Of a stretch of 64,000 nt of DNA, positions 11,601 through 43,836 are shown in pieces (positions within the stretch are counted from its first letter, which is position 1; every line of letters begins with the position of its first letter). Under the pieces are notes generated by a model. That model was not told where the DNA came from and did no database searches. It saw only the letters and a program-made list of their open reading frames with translations. Position numbers and translations under genes: made by a program. This stretch comes from Lingula anatina (taxonomy: Eukaryota; Animalia; Brachiopoda): NCBI GenBank assembly GCA_051362555.1, contig CM120643.1, positions 10,726,001-10,790,000 of the forward strand. The letters run 5' to 3'.

Positions 11601-14004
11601 TATATAACAGTGATCATTTTCTATAACATGGGCATGTAGTGTTCTATCAAATATGGCAGCAGGTGTCTTCCCTGCTTTTTTGATTACATTCACATCAGCT
11701 GGGTTGATTGTGCAGGCCATTAGATGCACTATAAAATGTGCTAAGAATAAGATCCCTTGCACCTAAGAAAATGCTAAGTTAAGTAAAATAACATTTTAAT
11801 AATAATAATAATAATAATAACATTATTTAGTCAGGGAAAAAGTTCACCTTGATGTATAACATGGTATTTTAATATGAAAGGTTCATTTTTCCATCTAAGA
11901 TGTAAAAGTTACCTTTATGCAGAATTTCGGATGGAGAAAGGGAATCTTTCAATGATAATAATAATTAAAACAAAAATAAAGCAAAAATTTTAATAATTTA
12001 AATAAAATAAGAATAATATTATTTCAAATCAAATCGATTGGACTGTAAAGGTTGGCAAGTTGGGTTTTAAGCCTTATGAACTATCCCTGCACTACTAAAC
12101 AATATTTCTTTAAAATATCAATATATATATATCAGTGTATGAAATTGAAGGAAATTACTAGCCAGACCGCCGGGCAGGTAACTGAAAAGTTACCAGCCCG
12201 GCCATGTAGTTACCTGCCCTAGTTATGATAACCTCTAGAGTTAAGAGAGGTATGCTGAGGGGGGTCTAGAATGCATTCTTAGGAGAGCAAGTTGGAAATG
12301 AAAGGGCAATATCATGCCTTATGCGTGGACATTTAGAAATTGGTTGGAATTTCTACTGAATGATACCTTGTCAGTGTTGGATTTAGAGGGCGGGTCCTGA
12401 CGCCCCCGACCCCCTTTAATTTCTGCAAAAAAAAAAAAAAAAAAAAACTCAGCTCTTGAAATAAGACTTTTCGCTAGTTGAATCATAATATCGGTATCCA
12501 TAGATTAGATCGACCTAACTCTCTGGGGGTTCACGCTAAATAGCTGTCAGCCGGGCGGACACGAAAGTTAATTACCTCCTTACAGCTTGTAGTAGGCGGG
12601 ACGGACATTTAAATTGGAATATCTGAAAGTAATCTACTGAGACTCCCCGCGGGGATAGATCGATCTAAAATCTATGGGAATAGAGCCATAGTTCTAAACC
12701 ATACCAAATTGCACCATTCACCATCTAAAATACCAAAAATTTTCAGGGCCCTTTAGCGGGCGGGGGAGGGGGGGAGTAGTCAATTCAGTTTATGTTCACC
12801 TTGCAGGCTGTCTCATTTCTTCTTCAATAATTTATTCATAACTTTTATTCCGATTTCGTGATTTCATCTGATCATAATTTTTGCTTTTCTGTATAGCAAC
12901 AAGTAGGCCCTATGACCAAATACATATATATTCTTGTCAAATAAATCGATCTCTGTGCTGACAGTAAAGAAGAAAGAATTCAGCACGTAGGGTCCCTTTG
13001 AATATCGCTTAAAGCGGTCGGGAACGATCCTGCACGCTAATGGTCCATAGACAGTCCTGCAGGGCCCTGTATCTGGAAAGCATCGCTTATTGAGAATAGC
13101 TATATCACATAGAGGCTACAATATATTATATGGGGCGAGTGTGGGCGAGTTATTGGATCGAGATGCTTGCGCTCGGTCGCAATGCGTGATACTTTCGAGT
13201 TACGGTTTTACAAAAAAATGTTGCCGCTCGACTCATTGCAAATCGAAGTCACCTTTCCATGGGTCCCAATTTGTTCTCTTTCGTTTGGTTCTGTCGTAAT
13301 CTTTCTTATTTTTATATCTTTCCTCAATTGTTTTTCTTTTGTGAACTTGTCTATGGGACTTGATAGATTTTTTTCATTTTTGACAGCCCAAGATGAAAGC
13401 ACGTGGGGAAAAGAACTACATCTGACGCACGGCGTAAACTCATACGTTCACTCATAATTTTGGGATTCAAATTTTTTGGAAAAAATTCTCCTTTAATTTG
13501 CCTCCGTTGCCTTTATTACAGTTGATTATAAGCACTTCATGTACCTGTAGGTCTTTTTAATCAATATCATAACTTTTTATACTTTCACATTTTTAGTACT
13601 CTCAACCTACAAATTTCTACTCGCGGTATCTCCTCCACACAAAACAATGCCGTTACGTTATCTGCTGTTCACTGAAGCTGATTAAGAACAATGTGCCTCG
13701 TTTCAAGTTGTCTTTCAACTTCATATCACACAGACGGAACTTCGAAAACGAAGCCACTGAGAGGGAGACTGTTGGTTACATTTCGATACGAGCGTTCGAT
13801 TGCAAGCTATGGTTAGTTTTGCTTCTATGAAAGTGGGTGTAAACAGTGAGTTGATTTGATATTTTGCTGAAATCGCTTGTGAACATAGACAAAATAAAAG
13901 GTGAAAATAGGCTGTGAAAATAGCCAGCCCGTCGGGCTGGTAATTTGTAAATCTTACCCGCCCGACCTGAAAGTTACCAGCCTCGGGCTGGCGGGCTGGC
14001 GGCC

Positions 14005-14069
<65 letters not shown>

Positions 14070-14340
14070 TCATCCTTTGCTCAAATTTATCATATGTATA
14101 TATCACATTTCAGGTGACACTAAAGCGTTTCCATTAAATTGTACATGAAATTATGTAAAAGGATACCACATAACCAGCAGTTTGCCATTCCACTGGCAAA
14201 CCAGGCACCAAAATAACAAAATGTATCACACCAAAGAATATGATAAACCCCCAGGCAACAAACTGTAAGGGATGTGGGGGGCAAGACCAGCCGTTCTCTC
14301 TACTGGGCTGCTGGACCTCTACATTGGTGTCAGCACCCAT
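2847..14340 (-). CDS. ZDHHC1: DHHC palmitoyltransferase of the ZDHHC1/ZDHHC11 subfamily, multi-exon (about 617 aa with exon 8B)
   Basis: Coding exons (minus): 14340-14167, 11762-11587, 11373-11272, 9853-9729, 9468-9358, 8912-8784, one of [7540-7341, 6734-6613, 5881-5769], 5483-5307, 5037-4902, 3448-2847. All junctions are GT-AG and phases are consistent. The translation contains [83 protein letters not shown] and LSTYDYI, which match the ZDHHC1/11 signatures I recall. Confidence 0.95.
3772..4866. mobile_element. TTAA-flanked non-autonomous DNA transposon (Kolobok-like) in the last ZDHHC1 intron
   Basis: Both ends read TTAA-ARACNNTCTCAGTGGGTTA in inverted orientation. TTAA lies at 3768-3771 and 4867-4870. 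Confidence 0.6.
5769..5881 (-). CDS. ZDHHC1: ZDHHC1 candidate alternative exon 8C (phase 1->0)
   Basis: Long polypyrimidine tract then gccatag|GA...AATAAG|gtttaa, 113 nt, open frame [38 protein letters not shown]. The donor is weak. Confidence 0.6.
6613..6734 (-). CDS. ZDHHC1: ZDHHC1 alternative exon 8B (phase 1->0), closest to the canonical TTYEYI exon
   Basis: tttcttccag|TG...TTGAAG|gtacag, 122 nt, [21 protein letters not shown]...SSLK. Confidence 0.9.
7341..7540 (-). CDS. ZDHHC1: ZDHHC1 alternative exon 8A (phase 1->0)
   Basis: ctctgtag|GA...GTCAAG|gtacgc, 200 nt, open frame [18 protein letters not shown]...CCGSVK. Confidence 0.75.
8567..8618. repeat. (TAAA)n microsatellite
   Basis: Direct reading; similar tracts at about 21846-21925 and 39760-39805. 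Confidence 0.95.
9358..9468 (-). CDS. ZDHHC1: ZDHHC1 111-nt symmetric (phase 1-1) Ser/Thr-rich exon in the TM3-TM4 loop
   Basis: ttcattcag|ACT...CCAT|gtaagt; encodes [37 protein letters not shown] in frame. Confidence 0.85.
10040..10840 (+). pseudogene. Diverged tandem duplication (about 500-bp period) carrying decayed C2H2 zinc-finger linker remnants
   Basis: AGAATTCACACTGGAG-CCTTACAWWTGTCAGTWYTGTGAMAAGGCTT at about 10281 and 10783 reads RIHTG..PYxCQ(Y/F)C(E/D)KA with a shared frameshifting deletion. Confidence 0.6.
12133..14007. mobile_element. Composite DNA-transposon relic inside the U12 intron, bounded by (TA)n
   Basis: Related sub-terminal motifs TAGCCAGMCCGYCGGGCWGGTAA...AAAGTTACCAGCC occur at about 12158-12220 and 13921-14003. 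The relic begins CAGTG after a TA run and contains a nested MITE. Confidence 0.45.
12497..12678. mobile_element. MITE family A, copy 1
   Basis: TIR CCATAGAT..TAGATCGA. The body is homologous to 28087-28295 (inverted) and more weakly to 25410-25610. Confidence 0.75.
14008..14086. repeat. (TA)n microsatellite
   Basis: Direct reading; another tract at about 51713-51779. Confidence 0.95.
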
Positions 14341-14944
14341 CTGTAATAATAAAAATTGTTATAAAATACAAACATGATAAAAAATATTGAAAAACCAAAT
14401 ACAATCATTGCTTAGTTGATTTTACTGTAAGTATAATTTTAGAATTTGATCATCACATAATTGTAATGTTACAAAAGAAAAAAGATTTTATCATTCATAC
14501 AATACACTTGAATGGGTGGCAATCATAAGCTACTTATGCAGCAATGATAAAAATCATTTGTTCCAATTGCCTGCTAAAGATTTTTTAAAAACTTTTTTTT
14601 TTTTTTTTTTTTGCATAAGAGCGAGAATTTTAGAAAAATTCCCCGTCATTGAATTATATATAAATATATTTCTAATCACAATTCATGTCATCATGTATCA
14701 ATATCAAACTGTGAATAGAATGATGCTATTGACATTTGAAGAAAATGCTTTAAATTGTCAAATGTGCAATTTCTACTTTCATAAAACAAGAATTAGATAA
14801 CAGGTTCTAATACCGTGTCCAAATGTGGTGTCTTAAATCACTTTATTCTTGTAAACTGATGCATTATTTTATATAATCTAACGCAAACCTTGAGTATGAA
14901 AAAGCTTTAATTTTTAACCTTCGAGTAATTAAACTCGATCTTAC

Positions 14945-15010
14945 CGTTTTCAATAGATATCAGTTATGTTCGTGTAAATATGATCGGCCTTCTCCACCGT
15001 CCGCCATTTT
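14945..15010 (-). other. ZDHHC1: Probable 5' (non-coding or uORF-bearing) first exon of ZDHHC1
   Basis: Donor ACG|gtaag at 14945/14944. The coding ATG at 14340 directly follows an acceptor (ttacag|ATG), so an upstream exon is expected. A YY1-type AAAATGGCGG lies at 15010-15001. The 5' boundary is approximate. Confidence 0.7.
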
Positions 15011-15348
15011 CAATCGATTTCAGGTAACTAATGACATTCCGCTAGAAAATAGTTACAAGGTCTCAATGGCAAATGTTAAAAATGTCACTTATTCCCATTT
15101 CTCCCTATAAAAGATAACAAAAGAGATATTTTATTAATATAAAATTCTGACGAAGTATTTTATGGGACAAGGAGCAGTCTTTTTCGGATAGTCCTATCGC
15201 GCATTGATAATCAACTGAGCCTCATCACTTAATCGGACCAGCTTTTCGCTCTTCTTGAAAAGAAGATTTGAAGCAGGTGCACGGGAACACATGAGATTTC
15301 CATGCCTTTATTATTTTCCGTAGTTTTTTACTGAGAAGAGAAAACAAT
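15010..15348. promoter_or_regulatory. Bidirectional promoter region between ZDHHC1 and SRFBP1
   Basis: The two genes are head-to-head, about 340 bp apart. CpG is locally elevated, and a YY1-like CCGCCATTTT lies at 15001-15010. Confidence 0.65.
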
Positions 15349-16593
15349 ATGGAATCGGACGTGAGAGATTTAGATACGGCACCCAAAGCAAGTATCGACA
15401 TAGTTGGTCTGAATAATCAGGTAATATAACTGGCAAAATTTAGGAGCTACAAAGACAAGTAGCTAGTACTGAGTACATGTAGTAGCTAAAGCGAATTACT
15501 CTGTAGCACTTTACTAAATGCAAATGTCTGAAGTTGATTAAAAAAATCAAAAAACATCCCAACTTAATTGTATTACACTGTACACACATTAATACTTTTA
15601 AGATATCAAATATCTGGATTAAATATATGGGATCAAGTTACAGCTATGTAAATGGATGCAAAAAAAAAAAAAAAAAAGTCTTGGTAGAGGTTGTAGCTTC
15701 ACAGAACCATCAACTACTTATTTTGAACTTAGTGAGCATTAGGGGCATATTTAAAAAAAATATTTACTTTTCTTTCAGTTGGTGTCTATGAGGAAAACTG
15801 TGAAGAAAGCTCGGGTCCAGGTCATCAATAAGTTAACAAGACAGATACGTAAATTGAAACCAAAAGGGTGAGTTTTTAATACATACAGGAGCTATTAAAT
15901 ACATACTTTTTATACAATATCTAAATTGCTTGTCTGTAAATATGCATGTAGCACTTATATCTAGTTTCCCACAATTTCATAATAATAGCACTTCAAAAAA
16001 TAGTAGATGGTTACATTAGCAGGCTAGATAGAATTAATGTGGTAGCCTGGATTTGTTTGTTTATTTGTTTGTTTGTGTTTATTTGTTTGTTTATTTTTAT
16101 GGACAGACAGTATATGTGGACATGTGGCCACTACCAGTCTCTATCATTGCGGTTGGTGTTGCTGTGGACATTCCACATTTCTGTACAGGAAAACTGTTAA
16201 TTATTATTCTCAATTTTACATGAATGATTATAAGGACTAAAATACAGCTCAAGTTAAGAAAAAAAAACACATCTTTTGTTTATTTCATTTTGAACTTCAG
16301 AAGATTTTCTTGATAATTTTCAGAGAAAGTGGGCTACCAGGCAGAGAGAAAAGTGCAAGGAGACTTGAGAGATTGAAGGCAGAGATGGAAGTGATTAAGG
16401 TAAAGATTTGATTTGTTTTGAAATGGTGATTTGCCAGTGTCAGGTTTACAGTAGCCAGCTGGTATTAGTATGTATTGTTTCTGACAGATTGTACAGTATT
16501 TTGAAATTCGTCATTTTATTGTGATGAATTTGAAAATATTTAGTTTGTATGTTGCATTAAATATTTGAGTATTATTAATGTGCCTTACAGAAA

Positions 16594-16626
<33 letters not shown>

Positions 16627-19388
16627 GTGTTTCTTGCAGGGTTTGAATGCAGATAAGGTTTCCAAGTATGCATTAGCTTCAACAGCTAGTTTTGCCGATG
16701 TTTGTAAACAGGTACATAAAATATTACTAATTAAAATATTTAATGTTTTTTTATTTCTTCTTAGATTTATAGATTCTTCCCTATTCACCTATGATGTACT
16801 GAGTAATATACAGTGATATTACTAGTATATAGGGGATTGTTGTGTAATTAAAGCCTATTTTATCTCTATACAGCTTGTATGGAAGTTATCATGTTGTTTC
16901 CTTTGATGACTTAAATATCCCTTTTTCAAATGTTTTATTTTCATTTGAAGTGAAAATGGAAGGAACTACCAGTAAATGTTCATTCAGCGTAAGACAAGTG
17001 AATAAAGTTGTCCTGATGTGAACTGACAGGCACTAAGGTTCTTTTGTTGTTTTTGTTTTGCCTTGTTGAACATTTGTCCATTTTGATGTGTAAATCTTAA
17101 TATGTTTCAGCCAAATGCATCTGAAGTTGGCAGAGCAATGGCAAGACTTGCAGATAACGCTGTCTTACAGAAGGCAGTAAAAGAGTTCCGCAGCAAACAT
17201 GCAGACTGGCCATCATTAGCTGCTTATCTTTTAGCAAAAACAACTAATAGAAAATTCAAGAAGAAAAAGAAAAAGGTTAAACAAAAGAATCAAGGAAAAA
17301 AACAGGAAGTTAAAAGGAAAGTTGATGCTTTTACGCTGGAACTACGTTTAAAAAGCAAAGAAAAACTTGAAAAAGACAAAACTGAACAAAAACAAAAAAT
17401 GAGCAATGCAGGGAATACAGCATCTCATTCTTCAACACTGGCACAATCAGAAAAGAAAGAAATTTCTCTCAAGGAGTCCATATTTTCTCAACAGGATATC
17501 CCTAGTTGGGATCATTCTTCTGAATCTGATGGCAATGATTTGTCAGATTCGGATGAAGATAATATGGTTGAATCTGGCAGTGATGCCTCTGGTGAAGATG
17601 ATGAAAAATCCACCAAACCTTCAATATTATCCTCCATGTCAGCTACAAAGTCAGTTGTAACATCTGACACGTCTAGAGAATGCACCAAGACAACCGTGTC
17701 ATCTTCTGAACCCATTGCGAGACCTTCTAAAGCCTCTGTCATTGTGGAAAAAGAAACAGAAGAAATGGTAGTAAAGAAATTAGATTTACGTCAGCTTCCA
17801 GACACTGGTGAAGTTCTGACCAGAAATGGTGCTTCGAAGACGGCTTCAAATTTAAAAGTGAACATATTTGGAGATACAGGTGCTTCTAAGACTGGACACA
17901 ATAAAGATCCATTTTTCCAATGCAGTGATGACTCTGGAGAAGAAGAGAGGGAAGAGGAAGATGATGATGATGATGATGGTGGTGAAAACGTCACTGAGTC
18001 AACATCCTCAAGACCTGTTCCTCCTAAGAGAAGATTTGAGTCCACATTTGTTGGTGCACTGAATAAACCAAGAAAATTGCCCGATGCTAAATCAAAACCA
18101 AAGTATGCACTGCACATAAGACTTTGCTTGATCAATTCCTTTATATTGCTTTTGTGTTTAGTCTTTAGACTTCTGACCTTTGGTTATTTATTTTATCTTA
18201 ACCTAACAAATAATATCTGCAGTATCATCAAAAGCCTGTGGAAGAAAATGGTTTAAAGAAATTTTAATATTAATATGTTTCATAATTAAATGGTACACAT
18301 GTAAATGATATGATGTTGAAAATAATTGGTGTGTTTTATTTTCTTTGCTTTTTGACTAAAAATGTTCAGCTGGGAAAGTAATCTGTACTTAATACACCCC
18401 TCTCCCTCTGTACCATATCAAGCACCACTTTAAACCATTCTGATCTTTTGAAATTATTTATAATTGTTCATAAAGGTTCGAGAGAGACAACAGGAGGGGC
18501 AACCCCAGACAACCTTCAAGGCCTGAGGCAAAGAAAATGGCTGGTGCAAGGAAGTCCAACTCCTCTAGACCACAACAGAAACTGTCAGCTGGGAAACCAT
18601 GGACCAAAACAACAGGTATAGATTATGGCAGGGAGTTCTCTGAAGTTTATGAAACTCAGTGGCTTTTATTTGGTTCTTCACAAGTACATTACTAGTACTA
18701 GTAGTTCTGTCTGGTTTAATGTTTGTGAACATGTTTATATCTTTAGTTTTTAGGAAGGTTTGTATATCATATTTAATGTTAATTTGAAAACATTTTAATA
18801 TTCTCTGTTGTAGGAAGTGATGGATTCCATGACATTGTGTGATTTAATCAACACTGATTTATTATCTCCAGAGTTTTAACTTGTCTGTAGATTGGTTTAG
18901 TTTAGATTGGTCTTAGGACACAAATAATCCTATGTTTGTGGAAGTAATGGATAAAGTGTAATTGTTTTACTGATCTAATATATATGAGTTTAAGTAATTA
19001 GAAATTCACTTCTGTAACTGGCTTACCTTTGCCATTTTTAATGACCAAAACCAAGGGTATGCTGGGTAAAAGAGATTTGCAGTCGATATGATGAAACTGA
19101 GGACGTACTCGTTGTCTGAGGTTTTTGTACCAACAATTTGTCTGTGCTCTGAAAAACATATTTCATTTTCTGTTAGTTTCAAAAAAATTAATATACAATT
19201 AATTTTTTATTTGTATGTCATTTATAGTTTATGATGCAATTATTTCAGAGGGTAGTGCTGTAAATAAAGAGCAGATAACCTCACTCCATCCTTCTTGGGA
19301 GGCCAGCAAAAAACGTAAACAGCAACAGAGTGCAGTCCATGCCTTTCAGGGAAAGAGGATCAAATTTGAGGACTCGGATGACAGCTAG
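15349..19388 (+). CDS. SRFBP1: Serum response factor-binding protein 1 (BUD22-domain protein), 7 coding exons, about 526 aa
   Basis: Exons: 15349-15420, 15779-15867, 16324-16399, 16640-16711, 17111-18102, 18476-18615, 19249-19388 (an in-frame alternative acceptor is possible at 19228). The N-terminus reads LNNQLVSMRKTVKKARVQVINKL and RAMARLA. The C-terminus LHPSWEASKKRKQQQSAVHAFQGKRIKFEDSDDS is the SRFBP1/BUD22 hallmark. Confidence 0.95.
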
Positions 19389-19530
19389 TGCAACAGCATT
19401 GGGGTGCGGTCCATGCCTTTCAGGGAAAGAGGATCAAATTTGAGGACTCAGATGACAAATAATGTAACAGCTTTAGAGTGCGGTCCATGCCATTTAGGGA
19501 AAGAGGATCACATCTGAGGATCAGATGACC
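19330..19530 (+). repeat. 74-bp tandem repeat (about 2.7 copies) spanning the SRFBP1 stop codon
   Basis: GTGCRGTCCATGCC...GGGAAAGAGGATCAMATYTGAGGA units start at 19330, 19404 and 19478. Confidence 0.9.
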
Positions 19531-20878
19531 ATTTAAGCCATCCAAATAAATGTTAATCTAAATTATTACCTGCAGATAATGATTGAGAAATCTTGCAAGG
19601 TTTGACAGTATTAAAGACGTATTGTATATTAAAGGGATAATAACTCTTCATTTTGGCCAAAAAATGAATTTTCCTGGAGTAAACAACAATTTTCCCATAC
19701 TTACCAATGGTTAATGAATCCATTTTTACATTCAAAGTTAGTCCCTGTTTTTTTTCTAAAAAGTTTGGTTTTTTTGTTAAAATCTCTTAAGAGATTATAA
19801 CAGAGTATAGCCATCAATGGAGGTCACGTGGTCTGAAGACAAGCTCAGATATCAGAATAATAGCTATAACTGCTGTTTTTGTTGTAAAACAGAATATATT
19901 ATATTTCTATGAGTTATTCACAATGTTTTTATTGGGAAATATACACCTCATATGAAGAGTTATTATCCCTTTAAAGGAATACGTCTTACATTAGACCTTT
20001 AAGTAGAAAAAAATACAGCAATTTATACACTATTTAAAACTGCCAAGAAAATTACTGAATAAGCCTGTTTTTGAGATACAAGCCTTTAATTTTTACATTA
20101 TTACAAGAGAAATTTGCCAGTTCCCATCTTCATAACACATTTCCATAATTTTTTTCTAAGAAGACTTAACACTCCTTTAAGATGTGTTTTAGAAGGCACT
20201 ACTTGAATATTATCAATACGGACATTGATATATTTAAATGTTTAATACACGAAATTATTATTCATTTCGAGTGATTGTTCGGTGAAGGAAAAGTTGACTC
20301 TGCCTCAAGAAATAAAGTATTTCATTATAAATGTGTGGGTTTATTATTAAAATCATAGCATTTTGGTTTACATGGGTTAAAATGTTTTACAGTGTTCACA
20401 AAACTGCAATAGACAAAACAACATTTTTATCAATTCAATAATTTAAAACCAAATGTCAAACTTGAACCCAATTCTAATTTTCTATAATCAAGGAAATGTT
20501 AAATATTTATAACAAATTTTCTGATTAAACAAATACAACAAACTACTCACATCTAACTGAAAAAAATGTTAGGTAGGAACACATTCCAAACTGCCATAAG
20601 TATTCATAAATATATGTTAACTATTAATGACTTTTTACAAATAAAATGGTATAACCATTAAACTAAATTGACTTTTCCATGAAGACAATGCTTTCATATT
20701 GCTTTGTCCACTAAAACAGTTATTAACAATAAGTTAACAATGTTATAAATATACTTATATAAGTTAATAGTAAAATCAAATATGTTGAAAGTATTCATAC
20801 TTACTGCTTTTGAATTAGAACAGTTTCTGTTTCCATCATTTCACTAGTTTGTCTGCTTTATATACACTTTTTTTTTCG

Positions 20879-20915
<37 letters not shown>

Positions 20916-21868
20916 TCGCTTTCTAAGATTATCCTTATTTCAAGAGGAAAAGGTGTTAAACAAAGCTGAACAATCGGGTAACTGTTGAAACCATCCAACC
21001 TTGGTCGTAAACACTATGTTAAATAGATGGTATTCTAACAAAATGAGGTAAGTTCCCTGAGAGCGGATCTTCCTGCATTTATCTTTCAGCTAAACTAGTA
21101 TTCATAACGAGAAAGAAAACCTGTTTTGCACTAATGAAACCTGTATCAGGACTGGCCTCAGTTTTGAGAAATGTTAGAAGATTAATAAATAAGAACATTA
21201 AATGTATGGACCTGCTTGGCTGCACTGCAGGTAAAGTATTAATCTGCCAAAACCTTCGGATAAACCATAAAAAGCTATTTCCACAAGTATTGGGAACATA
21301 AATGCCTGTATATAATATTGCATATAAACTGACTACAGATCTGAATAGATATCAGTAAGAATAAAAACTGGTATGGGAAACTGGATATAGATATTAAAGC
21401 ATTGTTATGAGTAAAACCTCAGCTGTGCCATTGCCTTCACCCACCTTACAGAACTCGAGGCACTACTGTGACGCGTGCGTGTACAAGCCTATAAACTAAG
21501 GTTAATAGAAAGAAGAAAAAAAAACATTGCACACCATACAATAAAGTAAATTCTGAAGGCGCATTTTGTTATTATGTGCACACACACCCTTTCAAGTCAT
21601 ATTCAGTAAATTCCAAAAGTTTACAAATCTGTCACGCCAAAAAGAGGGTGCTTCAAAAGGACAGGACACATTTGGTTTACCTTACTCTTAAATAAAAACA
21701 GATAAAATGTCTCAATAAAAGTTAAAAGGACAGTGACTTAAAAATAAAATCAAGGGCACCATCAGTTGTCCCCAATATAGAGTTCTCCCTACAATAACTT
21801 TGCCTCTAACTGGGGACTGATGCAAAACAGTGCAAAAAAAAAAAAAATAATAATAAAATAAATAATAA

Positions 21869-21919
<51 letters not shown>

Positions 21920-23779
21920 AATAAAAAATAATAAATAACTTGACAATCAAAACAGTTCTTAAATAAATTATATACAATTATATATAACAAATAAGTAGCT
22001 GAGGATATTATTTTTATGAGCTGCCTCTGCAGTAATCCTTAGCACCAAAATTTTGTTTAATCATAAAGATTACAACATTAAGGTCACTTATCTTGGGAGA
22101 GTTTAAATTTATCTTGGTCTAAAAGAACAAACAGTAGGCTTACTGAAATAAATTGAATAACTGCACAGCATTTCTTTCTTTATAGGGCATGGTATTCCAT
22201 CAGGGAAAAATTTACAGGAAATGACCTTTGAACCATGGCATTGAGGTTCCTAATAGCATAAATGTATGATTTTAAAAAATTTCTTTTTTAAAATCTTAAA
22301 ATACTTATACCAGTTTCTTTAAAAATATTGCTGCCAGTAAAATGTGAGACTATATAATTATGCTGTGCAGTAACCAATTTGATTGCAAATATGTTCTGCA
22401 TCCCTGTGGGGACATAAGTAATAATTATCAAGTTAGAATAAAACATATCTAACAAACACTAAAATCATTTCAAATATCTATTTATCCTGCCATTTATACA
22501 ACACTGCTACCTCCCTCCCCCTCCTTTTCTTTAATTAAATTTTACAAGTCATAACAAGATTATCTTTAACGACCTAAATTGGAAATATTATGCAATGTAA
22601 AACCAAGGACAAAATAAAATATTGACTTGACAACATTAAAAGACTTGTACCTTTAGCATCATCAACATAAACAGAAGTTCACTGACACAAAAAAATTATG
22701 AAAATCTGAGCAACAGTTGTCTATCTGTGATTTTCATTCTTTTTTCTTTTCTTTTTTTTTCTGGTTTAATTTTTCTTGAATGATACATGTTTTATAATGT
22801 TGTATACTTTAAAAATGCCATAAATTTAGGTAAACAATTATTTGGAAAATAAAGCTCAGCTGCCATAAATAACACCTTAAAATTTGACTAATTAGATAAA
22901 TGAGAAATATAGATAATTTACAATCTGATTTTATATTAATCCTTATGTTAGTGTAAAAATGCCTTTTTTTTTCGTATAAAGTACTCATGTAAATGGGCAT
23001 TAGAAAAACTTTGGAAAACTATGTCAGGCGGGGCTCAATCCAATCCTGCACAGGAACTCTTTGAGGATAAAAATGACTAAAATTCCACCAAAAAGTTTGG
23101 ATCTAGAACTAAATAAAACTGGTTAGAACCCTATTTAACAAAGCTCACCCTGTGTAAATCTTGAGTCAGTTATTTTAAGTTGACTCAACACCAGACACAT
23201 TGCTTTCATATAATATTTATGTGCTTGACACAATTGGCTACCATCATCACTGTAAAGAAGACGGATGTCAAATTCTCAGATTTTTTAAGCATAAAAGCAA
23301 TAGCTTTTTCCTTTCGTTTAACTATAAAGTTTACCAACTCATCAAACTAGTTAAGACAAAAAGAAACAATATGCATATGGTAAAAAAAATCTAAAATTTG
23401 AGGTCTGTGTTCAATTACTGGCAGTAAAAATTTTCCATTGGGTAATAATATCCGTTGCTCCTGTGTGAAAGAAATCATTTTAAAATCATATATCATATTA
23501 AAACACCCATTCCTGTCCTTTAAGTGATATCCCCATTCACTTTATCTAAGGCAAGAGAGGCAGGATGATGCAACCTAGGATGCAATAATCAATTTAACAT
23601 TTAAATGCTAACTTTTTTTCAGTTAATTTTTTTTTCACATAAATGAATTTTTATCAAATTTATATCCAAACTGAAAGTTATTCCTCCAGGTTGACGCTGC
23701 TCTATCTGGGCTAGATAGAAAATGTTCCATTATTCCTCTCCGGTGTTATGCAGATGAATTGGTCGAACAGGATAAATAA

Positions 23780-43836
<20,057 letters not shown>

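Larger units (their letters stand above)
11763..14166 (-). other. ZDHHC1: U12-type (minor spliceosome) GT-AG intron of ZDHHC1
   Basis: The 5' splice site is GTATCCTTT (14166-14158). The branch site TTTTACTTAAC (11788-11778) has one mismatch to TTTTCCTTAAC and lies about 16 nt from the TAG acceptor, with only a short pyrimidine stretch. Confidence 0.9.

Noticed and set aside
16296-16323. Upstream acceptor ttcag at 16300 for SRFBP1 exon 3
   Set aside because: It introduces an in-frame TGA; the acceptor at 16323 gives the homologous frame.
17406-18135. ORFs 17406-17660, 17512-17742, 17791-18135 and 17868-18062
   Set aside because: They are off-frame or antisense shadows of the low-complexity SRFBP1 exon 5.
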